From: an uncultured Bacteroidota bacterium
GTDB lineage: Bacteria; Bacteroidota; Ignavibacteria; UBA10030; UBA6906
NCBI GenBank assembly: GCA_963700635.1
Contig: CAVOYH010000003.1
Location: 768,001-832,000, forward strand
Direction of reading: 5' to 3'
Length of the DNA: 64,000 nucleotides
Shown: in pieces, positions 38,926 to 47,405 of the stretch
Position numbering within the stretch: position 1 is the first letter of the stretch
How the letters are laid out: each line of letters begins with the position of its first letter
The notes under the pieces: model-generated
Told to the model about the DNA's origin: nothing
Databases searched by the model: none
The model's input: only the letters and a program-made list of their open reading frames with translations
Position numbers and translations under genes: made by a program

Positions 38926-39762
38926 GTGAATTGTCAGGAATTTGAAGAACATATCACGCCAGCCGTAGATCAGTACCTCCAGGGAAGCGAGAAGTCATCG
39001 TTCCATGACCACGCCTCCCGTTGTCCGCAATGCCGACGGGCTTTTGAGGCAGAGCGCTTTGTCAAGACATTTGTACAGAAGCGTCTGCATATCGTACACA
39101 CGCCGCGAGCAGTCACCGACTCGATTATGGAAGGTACCCGCACAAGAGTTCCCGGCGTTCTCTCCCCGATGACACGTTGGCAGCCGTTCCGACAGCCGGC
39201 TTCACTCCGTTACCTCATCGCAGCTGCCGCCACCGTTGTTGTTGCGTATCTTTTCTTTTCGGTTCCTGCTCCAGACGCCACGCTGTTGCCCGCCGCACGT
39301 GCTGATGTTCTGTCACAGTCAGCGTTGACGTATGCCGGCATCCTTGCGGGCCAGTTGAAACCCCAAATTGAGTCGCCCCGGCCCGAAGTGCTTGAAGCCT
39401 TTTTCTCGGGCAAGACCGGTTTCCCGGTTCATGTACCCGACGTACGCGATTACACCCCGGTCGGAGCTCTGCTTAATGAAACATCCGGCGTTCCACTCGC
39501 CCATCTTGTGTACGCCGGAGGCGGAAATACCGTGTATATTTATCAGACCTGCTGGACCACGGTCCAGGACGGTCAGAAGCTCGATCTTCCTGAGCGGATC
39601 AAGGATATCCTTCGCACGGGCCGTCCGTATGTTGAAGAAGATGCAGATGGTCGTACCCTGGTGCTCTGGACAGAAGGTCGGACCCTGTGTGGCGCGATCG
39701 CGCAGATGCACAAACAGGATCTACTCTCCCATTTGCCGCTCGCTCAGGCATCCCTCTTCTGA
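38926..39762 (+). CDS. Zinc-finger (zf-HC2) transmembrane anti-sigma factor
   Basis: MNC...HASRCPQC (HxxxCxxC), central TM, C-terminal extracytoplasmic domain; follows ECF sigma. Confidence 0.85.
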   Translation: MNCQEFEEHITPAVDQYLQGSEKSSFHDHASRCPQCRRAFEAERFVKTFVQKRLHIVHTPRAVTDSIMEGTRTRVPGVLSPMTRWQPFRQPASLRYLIAAAATVVVAYLFFSVPAPDATLLPAARADVLSQSALTYAGILAGQLKPQIESPRPEVLEAFFSGKTGFPVHVPDVRDYTPVGALLNETSGVPLAHLVYAGGGNTVYIYQTCWTTVQDGQKLDLPERIKDILRTGRPYVEEDADGRTLVLWTEGRTLCGAIAQMHKQDLLSHLPLAQASLF

Positions 39763-39792
39763 TCGCCTTTCACCCGCCGTCTTGTCGTTACC

Positions 39793-39821
39793 TTGACAAA
39801 CGCGCAATATCTTGGTACCTT
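39793..39821 (+). promoter_or_regulatory. sigma70-type promoter of lon-dnaX
   Basis: TTGACA-17 bp-TACCTT with TG extension, ~30 nt upstream of lon. Confidence 0.65.
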
Positions 39822-39852
39822 ATTTTGCTAGGCCCACCACTAATGAAAATCC

Positions 39853-42279
39853 ATGGATTCTGAAACCGTTCAAAACCCGTCACCAACGCCGGGTCCCCCC
39901 GAAAGCGTCCCGTCCCGGCTGCCCGTTCTTCCGCTCCGGGACGTGGTCATCTATCCGTACATGATTTTTCCGGTGCTTGTGGGCCGGGAGTCTTCTCTCC
40001 GTGCAGTTACTGATGCCGTGGAACGTGACAAGACCATATTCCTTGTTGCCCAGAAGACTTCCGTGACGGAAGAACCCGGTGTTGAGGATGTGTACCGTGA
40101 AGGAACGATAGCCCGCATTATTCAGGTACTCAAACTTCCCAATGGGTTGATGAAAATCCTGGTCGATGGGCTTGTGCAGGCGCACATCGAACGGTTTGTG
40201 CCCAACCCGAAATACCTTGAGGCAGAAGTCCAGATTAACGCACCGCCCCCAACGATGGATTCAGAGCTTGATGCTCTCCTTCGCCACACCTCGAGTCTTT
40301 TTGCCGAGTATGTTCATCTGAACCGTAATGTCCCCAGCGAAGTGCTGGTTGCGTTCGAAAACACACGCGAACCTCTCCGCCGGGTGTACTATATTGCAGC
40401 GAACATTTTGCAGAGTGTCGACGTAAAACAGCGGATCCTCCAGCTGTTGAGTATCCGGGAACAGCTGCATGAACTCATCCGGATCCTGAACTCGGAAAAC
40501 GACGTTCTCAAAATTGAAAAAGAAATCGATACAAAAGTCCACGACAATATCGCGAAGTCACAACGGAAGTTCTTTATTCAAGAACAGATACGAATTCTCC
40601 AGGATGAATTGGGAGATGAAGAGACCTCTCCCGAGCTGGTGAAGTTGAGGGAAGACATCCGGAAGGCAAAAATGCCCAAGAGCGTCGAGGACAAGGCGCT
40701 CGAGGAATTCTCAAAGTTGAAGAAAACGCCTCCCATGTCCCCGGAGTCCACCGTCATCCGGGGTTATCTTGACTGGATGATCGCCGTGCCGTGGCACAAG
40801 CGCACACGCGACAACCTTCGTGTCGACCATGTAAAGACTATTCTGGACGAGGATCATTTTGGACTGGAGAAGCCTAAGGAGCGGATTCTCGAACACATTG
40901 CGGTGTTGAACCTTGTACGGGAAATGAAGGGGCAGATACTGTGCTTTGTGGGCCCTCCGGGGGTCGGCAAAACATCGCTGGCAAAATCCATTGCGCGTGC
41001 TTTGGGACGACCGCTGGTCCGGATCTCACTCGGAGGAATGCGGGATGAGGCGGAAATACGCGGACACCGCCGGACGTATATCGGGTCAATGCCCGGCAAG
41101 ATCATCCAATCCATGAAGCGGGCGGGGGTGATCACCCCCCTGATGCTGCTGGATGAAGTGGACAAAATGAGCATGGATTTCCGCGGTGATCCGTCCGCGG
41201 CGCTGCTTGAAGTTCTCGATCCGGAACAAAATGTGGCCTTTAATGACCATTACCTGGATGTGGATTATGATCTGTCACACGTGATGTTTATCACCACCGC
41301 AAACATCCGCTATGCGATCCCTCTTCCCCTGCAGGATCGTATGGAGATTATTGAGTTGCCGGGATACCTCCACCATGACAAGGTTGAAATCGCGCGCCGC
41401 CATATCATACCAAAACAGCTCAAAGAACACGGACTCGAAAAACGGCGCGTGGAAATCAAAGATTCCGCCATTTCAAAAATTATTACCGACTACACGCGGG
41501 AGGCCGGGGTCCGGAACCTGGAGCGCGAAATTGCCTCCGTGTGCCGCAAAGTTGCAAAAGAAATGGTGACGCTTCCCCGTGGCAAGAACAAGAAGAAGAT
41601 CAAAAACACAAAAGCGGTCGGTATCTTCACTGTTGATGCCGAACGGGTTGAACAATATCTCGGTGTACCCAGATTCCGCAACAGGAAGAAAAGCAACGAA
41701 CACCGTGTCGGTTCCGTGACCGGTCTTGCATGGACGAGTGTTGGCGGCGACATCCTGAACGTGGATGTAAGTGTGATGCGGGGGCAGGAAAAGCTCACCC
41801 TCACCGGCCAATTGGGTGATGTGATGAAAGAATCAGCACAGGCCGCGTTGAGCTATCTTCGCTCTCACGCTCGTTCTCTTGGACTCTCGACAACATTTTT
41901 CAAGGGGCAGGAGATACACATCCATCTCCCCGAGGGCGCGATACCCAAAGATGGTCCGTCAGCCGGCATCACCATGGCCATGGCGATGTATTCGGCCATC
42001 AGCGGAAAAGCGGCTCGCAGTGATGTCGCCATGACGGGTGAAATCACCCTGCGGGGGGAAGTGCTGAGTATCGGGGGACTCAACGAGAAACTCCTTGCAG
42101 CCCAACGGAGCGGAATCACGACCGTCCTCATCCCGCAGGAAAACATGAAGGACCTGTCGGAAATTCCCGACAAAGTCAAAGAAGGGTTACAGTTGATCCC
42201 CATCAGCCGGATTGAAGAAGCGCTGCACCATGTCTTTGGCAAACACCGTGTTTCGAAATCCCGAGGTGCACAATCGTAA
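39853..42279 (+). CDS. lon: ATP-dependent protease La
   Basis: LPVLPLRD, GPPGVGKTS, LLDEVDK, PKDGPSAG (catalytic Ser), GGLNEK (catalytic Lys). Confidence 0.98.
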   Translation: MDSETVQNPSPTPGPPESVPSRLPVLPLRDVVIYPYMIFPVLVGRESSLRAVTDAVERDKTIFLVAQKTSVTEEPGVEDVYREGTIARIIQVLKLPNGLMKILVDGLVQAHIERFVPNPKYLEAEVQINAPPPTMDSELDALLRHTSSLFAEYVHLNRNVPSEVLVAFENTREPLRRVYYIAANILQSVDVKQRILQLLSIREQLHELIRILNSENDVLKIEKEIDTKVHDNIAKSQRKFFIQEQIRILQDELGDEETSPELVKLREDIRKAKMPKSVEDKALEEFSKLKKTPPMSPESTVIRGYLDWMIAVPWHKRTRDNLRVDHVKTILDEDHFGLEKPKERILEHIAVLNLVREMKGQILCFVGPPGVGKTSLAKSIARALGRPLVRISLGGMRDEAEIRGHRRTYIGSMPGKIIQSMKRAGVITPLMLLDEVDKMSMDFRGDPSAALLEVLDPEQNVAFNDHYLDVDYDLSHVMFITTANIRYAIPLPLQDRMEIIELPGYLHHDKVEIARRHIIPKQLKEHGLEKRRVEIKDSAISKIITDYTREAGVRNLEREIASVCRKVAKEMVTLPRGKNKKKIKNTKAVGIFTVDAERVEQYLGVPRFRNRKKSNEHRVGSVTGLAWTSVGGDILNVDVSVMRGQEKLTLTGQLGDVMKESAQAALSYLRSHARSLGLSTTFFKGQEIHIHLPEGAIPKDGPSAGITMAMAMYSAISGKAARSDVAMTGEITLRGEVLSIGGLNEKLLAAQRSGITTVLIPQENMKDLSEIPDKVKEGLQLIPISRIEEALHHVFGKHRVSKSRGAQS

Positions 42280-42289
42280 GACGCCGTCT

Positions 42290-43963
42290 ATGAGTGAGTA
42301 CCTTGTCACCGCCCGAAAATGGCGGCCGATGAAGTTTGAGGATGTTTCGGGTCAGGACCATGTGACGCGAACGCTCCGCAATGCGCTTTCTTCGTCGCGG
42401 CTGGCCCATGCCTACTTATTCAGCGGACCACGTGGTGTGGGCAAAACCACGACGGCACGTTTGCTGGCAAAGGCGGCAAACTGTGAACATCCACAGGACG
42501 CCAATCCGGATAACACGTGTCCGCATTGTGTTGAAATCACGGAAGGCCGCAGCTTTGATGTGCAGGAAATTGACGGCGCGTCCAATCGAGGGGTGGAGGA
42601 AATCCGGAACCTGCGCGAAGCGGTCAGGTATCCACCGGTCAAATGCGCCTACAAGGTCTATATCATCGATGAAGTGCATATGCTGACGAAGGAGGCCTTT
42701 AATGCTCTTCTGAAAACCCTGGAAGAGCCTCCTCCGCACATTCTTTTTATTTTTGCGACGACGGAACTGTCAAAAGTCCCTGCGACGATTCTCTCCCGCT
42801 GCCAGAGGTTTGATTTCCGGCGAATTTCGCACGTCAAAATCATCGCGAATCTCAAAACGATCGCGCATGAGGAAGGACTGCATGTCGACGATGACGCGCT
42901 GTCACTGATTGCCCGCAGGGGCGACGGTTCCCTGAGGGATGCGCAGAGTCTTTTTGATCAGGTGATTGCGCTGTGTGGAACCTCGGTGACGCTTGCCGCC
43001 ATGGAAGAGGCTCTGAATATTGTCGGGGTTGACGTCTACTTCCGTGTCACCGAATTGATGGAGCGTCAGGATGCGCAGGGGGCGCTTGTGCTGGTGGACG
43101 AGCTCATGAGTGGTGGCTACGATCTTCGCGAGTTCCTCTCCGGACTCATGGAACACTTCCGCAATTTGCTCGTTGCACGGGTTGTAGGGGCAACCGATCT
43201 GATTGAAGCTTCCGATGTCTATCGTACCCGCTACGGGGATACAGCAGCAAAGTTCTCCGTCAGCGATCTGCTCCGTGCACAACGCCTGGCACACGGTACC
43301 GATCAGGCATTGCGGTACACAGCCCAGCCCCGATTCCGGCTGGAAGCAGATCTTGTGCAGCTTGCCACGATGCCGCGAGCCGTTGACCTTGCCGGTCTTA
43401 TTGAGGGCATAGAAGATCTAAAAAAAAAGGGCAGATCTGAGGTTCCCTCTCCACAACCCTCGCCCGTGACACGACCGGTTGTTCCGGCTGCACGCATAAA
43501 TTCTCCCTCCTCAACCCGGCAATCGCCGTCCCCCGGTCGTGGTCAGATGGCTCCGCCGTCATCGCCTGTTGCACCTGTGCCGGCGTCCTCCGAGTCGGAG
43601 TCTGTGCAAGGCCGTGTTCCCAGTGAAGATGAAGTGCGTTCCCGGTGGGCAGAATACGTCGCCGAAGTATCCCGGCAAAAGATTTCCGTCGGCGTTGTGC
43701 TCGGCGCCACCACCCTTCTGGGTGTTTCACAGGGTACGATCCGCCTCGGGTGCGTGGACGAATTCCAGGAGTCCACAGTGCAACGGAACCGGGAAGTGCT
43801 GATGGATATTTTTGTCCGCGTGTTTAATGCCCGGGGCGTCATCAGGCCTGAAGTACAGAATGCTGCAGGAGAAGAAGGCGGAGGTGCAGCAAAGTCGCCC
43901 GCAGCAGAAGAGCATCCAGTCGTTCAGGCCCTGCGTCGTGAATTGGGAGCAGAACCACTCTAG
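42290..43963 (+). CDS. dnaX: DNA polymerase III subunit tau/gamma
   Basis: YLVTARKWRP, GPRGVGKTT, IDEVHML, TILSRCQ, GSLRDA; Pro-rich linker after residue ~380. Confidence 0.97.
   Translation: MSEYLVTARKWRPMKFEDVSGQDHVTRTLRNALSSSRLAHAYLFSGPRGVGKTTTARLLAKAANCEHPQDANPDNTCPHCVEITEGRSFDVQEIDGASNRGVEEIRNLREAVRYPPVKCAYKVYIIDEVHMLTKEAFNALLKTLEEPPPHILFIFATTELSKVPATILSRCQRFDFRRISHVKIIANLKTIAHEEGLHVDDDALSLIARRGDGSLRDAQSLFDQVIALCGTSVTLAAMEEALNIVGVDVYFRVTELMERQDAQGALVLVDELMSGGYDLREFLSGLMEHFRNLLVARVVGATDLIEASDVYRTRYGDTAAKFSVSDLLRAQRLAHGTDQALRYTAQPRFRLEADLVQLATMPRAVDLAGLIEGIEDLKKKGRSEVPSPQPSPVTRPVVPAARINSPSSTRQSPSPGRGQMAPPSSPVAPVPASSESESVQGRVPSEDEVRSRWAEYVAEVSRQKISVGVVLGATTLLGVSQGTIRLGCVDEFQESTVQRNREVLMDIFVRVFNARGVIRPEVQNAAGEEGGGAAKSPAAEEHPVVQALRRELGAEPL
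43420..43440 (+). other. Programmed frameshift/transcriptional slippage site in dnaX (A9G) with -1 frame stop
   Basis: CTA AAA AAA AAG GGC AGA TCT GA: A9 run containing A_AAA_AAG; -1 frame TGA at 43438-43440. Confidence 0.75.
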
Positions 43964-44073
43964 CCCCTCCCCTCTTTTTTTTCCATCCTGTCGGATTTTT
44001 TCCCTTCTCCCTGTAATCATTGGTGTGTGCATTATCATTAGTATGGACTGTACCCGATGATACAGAACAGAAT

Positions 44074-44355
44074 CCCCCTTGGTAAGAGCGTGCTCACCGG
44101 TGCGGCCTCCGGACCCGGTCCGCGGCTGTGCGCGACGGCAGAGCGCCGGGAGGCGTGGCTGCACCGGGTGACATCGTGGTTTGCGTGGAGGTTCCAGGTT
44201 CCGGCCGAGCCGGTTCCGGGTAGCATGGACGGGAGGGCGGATGGGCGCGGGCGAACCGTCAAGCCTGACCGTGCGCTATTGTCCGGAACGCCAGCCGACT
44301 CCGTGGAAGTCCGCCATGGCAAACAGAGCCGCACCGGTGAGACGATTGCAGGGGG
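44074..44355. repeat. Long-range inverted repeat bounding a GC-rich leader
   Basis: CTCACCGGTGCGGC (44093-44106) vs GCCGCACCGGTGAG (44328-44341), plus CCCCCT (44074-44079) vs AGGGGG (44350-44355). Confidence 0.7.
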
Positions 44356-44359
44356 TGCA

Positions 44360-44794
44360 ATGAAGTGGACGACAATACTCTGCACCATGGGAGTGAGCGG
44401 GCTCCTGGGCATCAGTGCGGCTGACAAAGTCATCCATTGGGGCGTGTTCGTCTTTACCCTGCAACAAAATCCTCTGCTGCCGATGCCTCTCGCAGCGTCA
44501 ATCGGAGGCGCGGTGCTGGCGGTGGAATGCTTTCTGACCGTGGTTCTCCTTCTCCCGCGTACACGGCACACAGGTTTTTTTGTTGCCGCACTAGTGTTTA
44601 CGGTCTTTACCATCGTGATCGCCATCCTGATGATTGTAACCCCGGGCGAACGATGTGGATGTACGTTTCTGTTTGATTACGACAGGGCGGATTTCCGCCA
44701 TCTCACAATGAATGTCTTGCTGGCGCTGCTGAGCGCTTATCTCTGGTATGTGGAATCAAACGGTTCGTCCGCCGGGGCGATACGGCCAGTATAG
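44360..44794 (+). CDS. MauE/DoxX family redox-associated membrane protein
   Basis: 144 aa, four hydrophobic segments, SAADK, conserved E in helix 2, CGC motif (ERCGCT), N(V)LL near C-terminus; RBS AGGGGG. Confidence 0.8.
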   Translation: MKWTTILCTMGVSGLLGISAADKVIHWGVFVFTLQQNPLLPMPLAASIGGAVLAVECFLTVVLLLPRTRHTGFFVAALVFTVFTIVIAILMIVTPGERCGCTFLFDYDRADFRHLTMNVLLALLSAYLWYVESNGSSAGAIRPV

Positions 44795-44841
44795 CCGTTC
44801 GCTTCCTTATTTAACTCTCACACTATCACACGGAGGGATGT

Positions 44842-45063
44842 ATGAATAGCACTCGGTCTCTCATCGCCCTGCTCCTGCTGGCGGGTATCTGCTGTGCAAC
44901 TCTGGTGGGCATTCCCGGGGAAGCTGCCGCGGCTCCTATCGGCTGCTCGTCGCTCGGGTGTGCCGGCGGTCCGGACAACTGTATGTCCGTCAGCATCACC
45001 ATCAAAGGCGCGGAAATAACGCTCACCTGTTACATCAAAGCGCCCCCGCTGCAAATCCATTAG
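44842..45063 (+). CDS. Small secreted cysteine-rich peptide
   Basis: RBS GGAGGG; 73 aa; signal peptide ending EAAA-A; mature part with 4 Cys. Confidence 0.75.
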   Translation: MNSTRSLIALLLLAGICCATLVGIPGEAAAAPIGCSSLGCAGGPDNCMSVSITIKGAEITLTCYIKAPPLQIH

Positions 45064-45111
45064 CTGTCGGATTCCGAGGCATAACAATACTTTCCAACGG
45101 GGAGGATCTCG

Positions 45112-46212
45112 GTGAAACGCGAACAACGGCTTCTCTTTATGCTTCTGGGAGTCATCGTTCTCGGCATGATTCTCGGACTTCTGCTGACTCCGCAGAAAGA
45201 TCCTGCCCGGGTGGAACTCCCCCTCCCCGCGGACCCGCGTGTGACCGGTACGGAAGAGATCAAGGCACAACGGGTTTCCGCGCGGACGTGGAAGATGCTG
45301 CATTTCGAACACCTCTTCGAGATCGGAACCCATCCCGACGAACTGCTGGGAGATCCGGTAGATGTGCAAACGGATAATAGCGGGAATGTGTACGTACTGG
45401 ACTGGAGTGACCGGTGTGTGAGGAAATTTTCTCCAACAGGTGCTCTTGTACAGGTTTACGGTGGAGTGTCCGGTCGCGGTCCTGGAGAATTCTCCAATCC
45501 CACCGCACTGGATGTCACACCTGACGGCGAGGTATGGATCTGCGACCCGGTGAACGGCCTCATCACCGTCTTTGCGGAAGATGGCTCGGTACGAAGAACA
45601 ATTCGTACAGATCGTCCTCCTCACCGGATCGCTCTTCTGGGGGAACACGGCTTCGTTGTCATCTTCTCTCCGGCCGGTGAATATCTTTTCCAGCGGTACG
45701 ACAGCGAAGGACGGCTTGTTGATACCTGCGGCACGGTGATGAACGAGCAGACACGGATGAGCGTGATTCTGGATGGACGATGCGCGGGATCGGCGGATGG
45801 ACGTTTTGTGTACGCGGGATACCGGGTCGGATTACTCGGTCTGTTCAACCCCGCACGAACACCGCATCTGTTCTTCGTGCACACCCTCGATCATCCCGGG
45901 CTGCCTAAAGTACTCACACAACACGCCGGCGACATGCATTACGTGCGCATCCATCCCGACGCCCCCCTGGTCTCACGGTGCGTGAGTCTGGTCGGCTCGC
46001 AGATTCATGTCCTGGCCGGCTTTCTCGATGGCGACAAGAAGAGTGTGATGGATGTGTACGATTTTACATCCGGCGTGTATAGACATTCCTATACGTTGCC
46101 AACAGGCACCGCGAGTGTCCGGCGAACAGACAGGAGGCTCTACTCGATTGTCGATACAACGGTTACGGCCTGGGGTGTGCTTGGTGATACTCTTTTTCAG
46201 GGCGGGATCTGA
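45112..46212 (+). CDS. Membrane-anchored NHL-repeat/6-bladed beta-propeller protein
   Basis: N-terminal TM; PVDVQTDNSGNVYVLD, GRGPGEFSNPTALDVTPDGEVWICD repeats; RBS GGGAGG. Confidence 0.85.
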   Translation: MKREQRLLFMLLGVIVLGMILGLLLTPQKDPARVELPLPADPRVTGTEEIKAQRVSARTWKMLHFEHLFEIGTHPDELLGDPVDVQTDNSGNVYVLDWSDRCVRKFSPTGALVQVYGGVSGRGPGEFSNPTALDVTPDGEVWICDPVNGLITVFAEDGSVRRTIRTDRPPHRIALLGEHGFVVIFSPAGEYLFQRYDSEGRLVDTCGTVMNEQTRMSVILDGRCAGSADGRFVYAGYRVGLLGLFNPARTPHLFFVHTLDHPGLPKVLTQHAGDMHYVRIHPDAPLVSRCVSLVGSQIHVLAGFLDGDKKSVMDVYDFTSGVYRHSYTLPTGTASVRRTDRRLYSIVDTTVTAWGVLGDTLFQGGI

Positions 46213-46373
46213 TACCATGGCCGGGGAGACTGCCCGAAAAGCACGTATATTGAGGTCGCTGACAGAAGCGTGGCCTTCAGGATTCACAGGGCCAGAACCG
46301 GATTCTTGACTCTGAAGCGGGATTTTTTGATTTTGGAGAGTAGGAGTCGGGTTTCACAGACTGTGGGAGTGGG

Positions 46374-47402
46374 ATGAGAGTACTCAGGTTGCTGTTGGTC
46401 ATGCTGGTTCTTCCGGTCACCTTTGGAGCGGCTCAGACAGGTGTAGCAAAATATGCCGGTGAATTCATCTCGCTGGGAGTTGGAGGCCGGGCCCTTGCGT
46501 TGGGAGGCGCATATGTTGCGCTGGCCAATGATGTGACTGCAGGGTACTGGAATCCCGCCGGTCTTGCCCGCATCAACTACCCTCAAATCGCACTCATGCA
46601 TGACGAACAATTCGGGTCGCTGGTGAACCACGACTACGGTGCTGTTGCGATACCCGTGGGGAGCCGGAGCAGCATCGGGCTCAGCCTTATCCGGCTGGGC
46701 GTCGATGACATACCGGACACGCGGAATGCGGGGGTGGATATTAACGGCAATGTGACGTATGATCCCACCCAATTCAGCCGGATTGACCCGGATCGTGTGA
46801 CATATTTTAATGCCGCTGATTACGCCCTCTATTTCACGTATGCACAGCGGTATTCCGACGACTTTACCTACGGCGCGAACGTGAAGTTTATCCGTCGGGA
46901 TCTTGGAGATGCCAGCGCCACCGGAATCGGGTTTGACATAGGCGTCTGGTACACGCCCTTTGAGAATATGGTCCTTGGGGCAAATGTTCAGGATATTACA
47001 ACGACCTTTCTGGCGTGGAGTACCGGCCGCAATGAACTCATCTCGCCGACCATGAAGGTCGGATCGGCGTATTTCATTGAGGCTCTCGGAGGGAAATTTG
47101 CACCCGCGCTGGATGTGGATGTGCGGTTTGAAAACCGCAAATACGCCTCAACGGCTCATCTGGGCCCGGTGAGCTTCGACCTGCGTGGCGGACTTGAATT
47201 TCAGTTTAAAGATCTGATTGCACTTCGGGCAGGCTATAGCGATGTAAAACAGCTTACAATGGGCGCGGGCGTACATCTGCCCAAACTGCACATCGATTAC
47301 TCCTTTGCCAAGTTTGACGCCGTAGGCCAGCTTGGCAACACCCACCGCATCTCCATGATGTTTACTCTGGAAACCGATCAATACCGCCGTGTGGCGGACT
47401 AA
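46374..47402 (+). CDS. PorV/PorQ family outer-membrane barrel (T9SS-associated)
   Basis: Signal peptide; FISLGVGGRALALGGAYVALANDVTAGYWNPAGL; GIGFDIG; ALRAGY; LGNTHRIS. Confidence 0.85.
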   Translation: MRVLRLLLVMLVLPVTFGAAQTGVAKYAGEFISLGVGGRALALGGAYVALANDVTAGYWNPAGLARINYPQIALMHDEQFGSLVNHDYGAVAIPVGSRSSIGLSLIRLGVDDIPDTRNAGVDINGNVTYDPTQFSRIDPDRVTYFNAADYALYFTYAQRYSDDFTYGANVKFIRRDLGDASATGIGFDIGVWYTPFENMVLGANVQDITTTFLAWSTGRNELISPTMKVGSAYFIEALGGKFAPALDVDVRFENRKYASTAHLGPVSFDLRGGLEFQFKDLIALRAGYSDVKQLTMGAGVHLPKLHIDYSFAKFDAVGQLGNTHRISMMFTLETDQYRRVAD

Positions 47403-47405
47403 TCG

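Noticed and set aside
44057-44359. 101-aa N-terminal extension of the MauE-like ORF
   Set aside because: MauE-like sequence begins at ATG 44360 with a good RBS; the extension looks non-protein-like and is better explained as a structured leader, though not excluded.
43964-44359. Possible SRP, RNase P or tmRNA gene next to dnaX
   Set aside because: Did not find the SRP GGAA-loop motif, RNase P GAGGAAAGTCC core or tRNA-like ends on either strand by eye.
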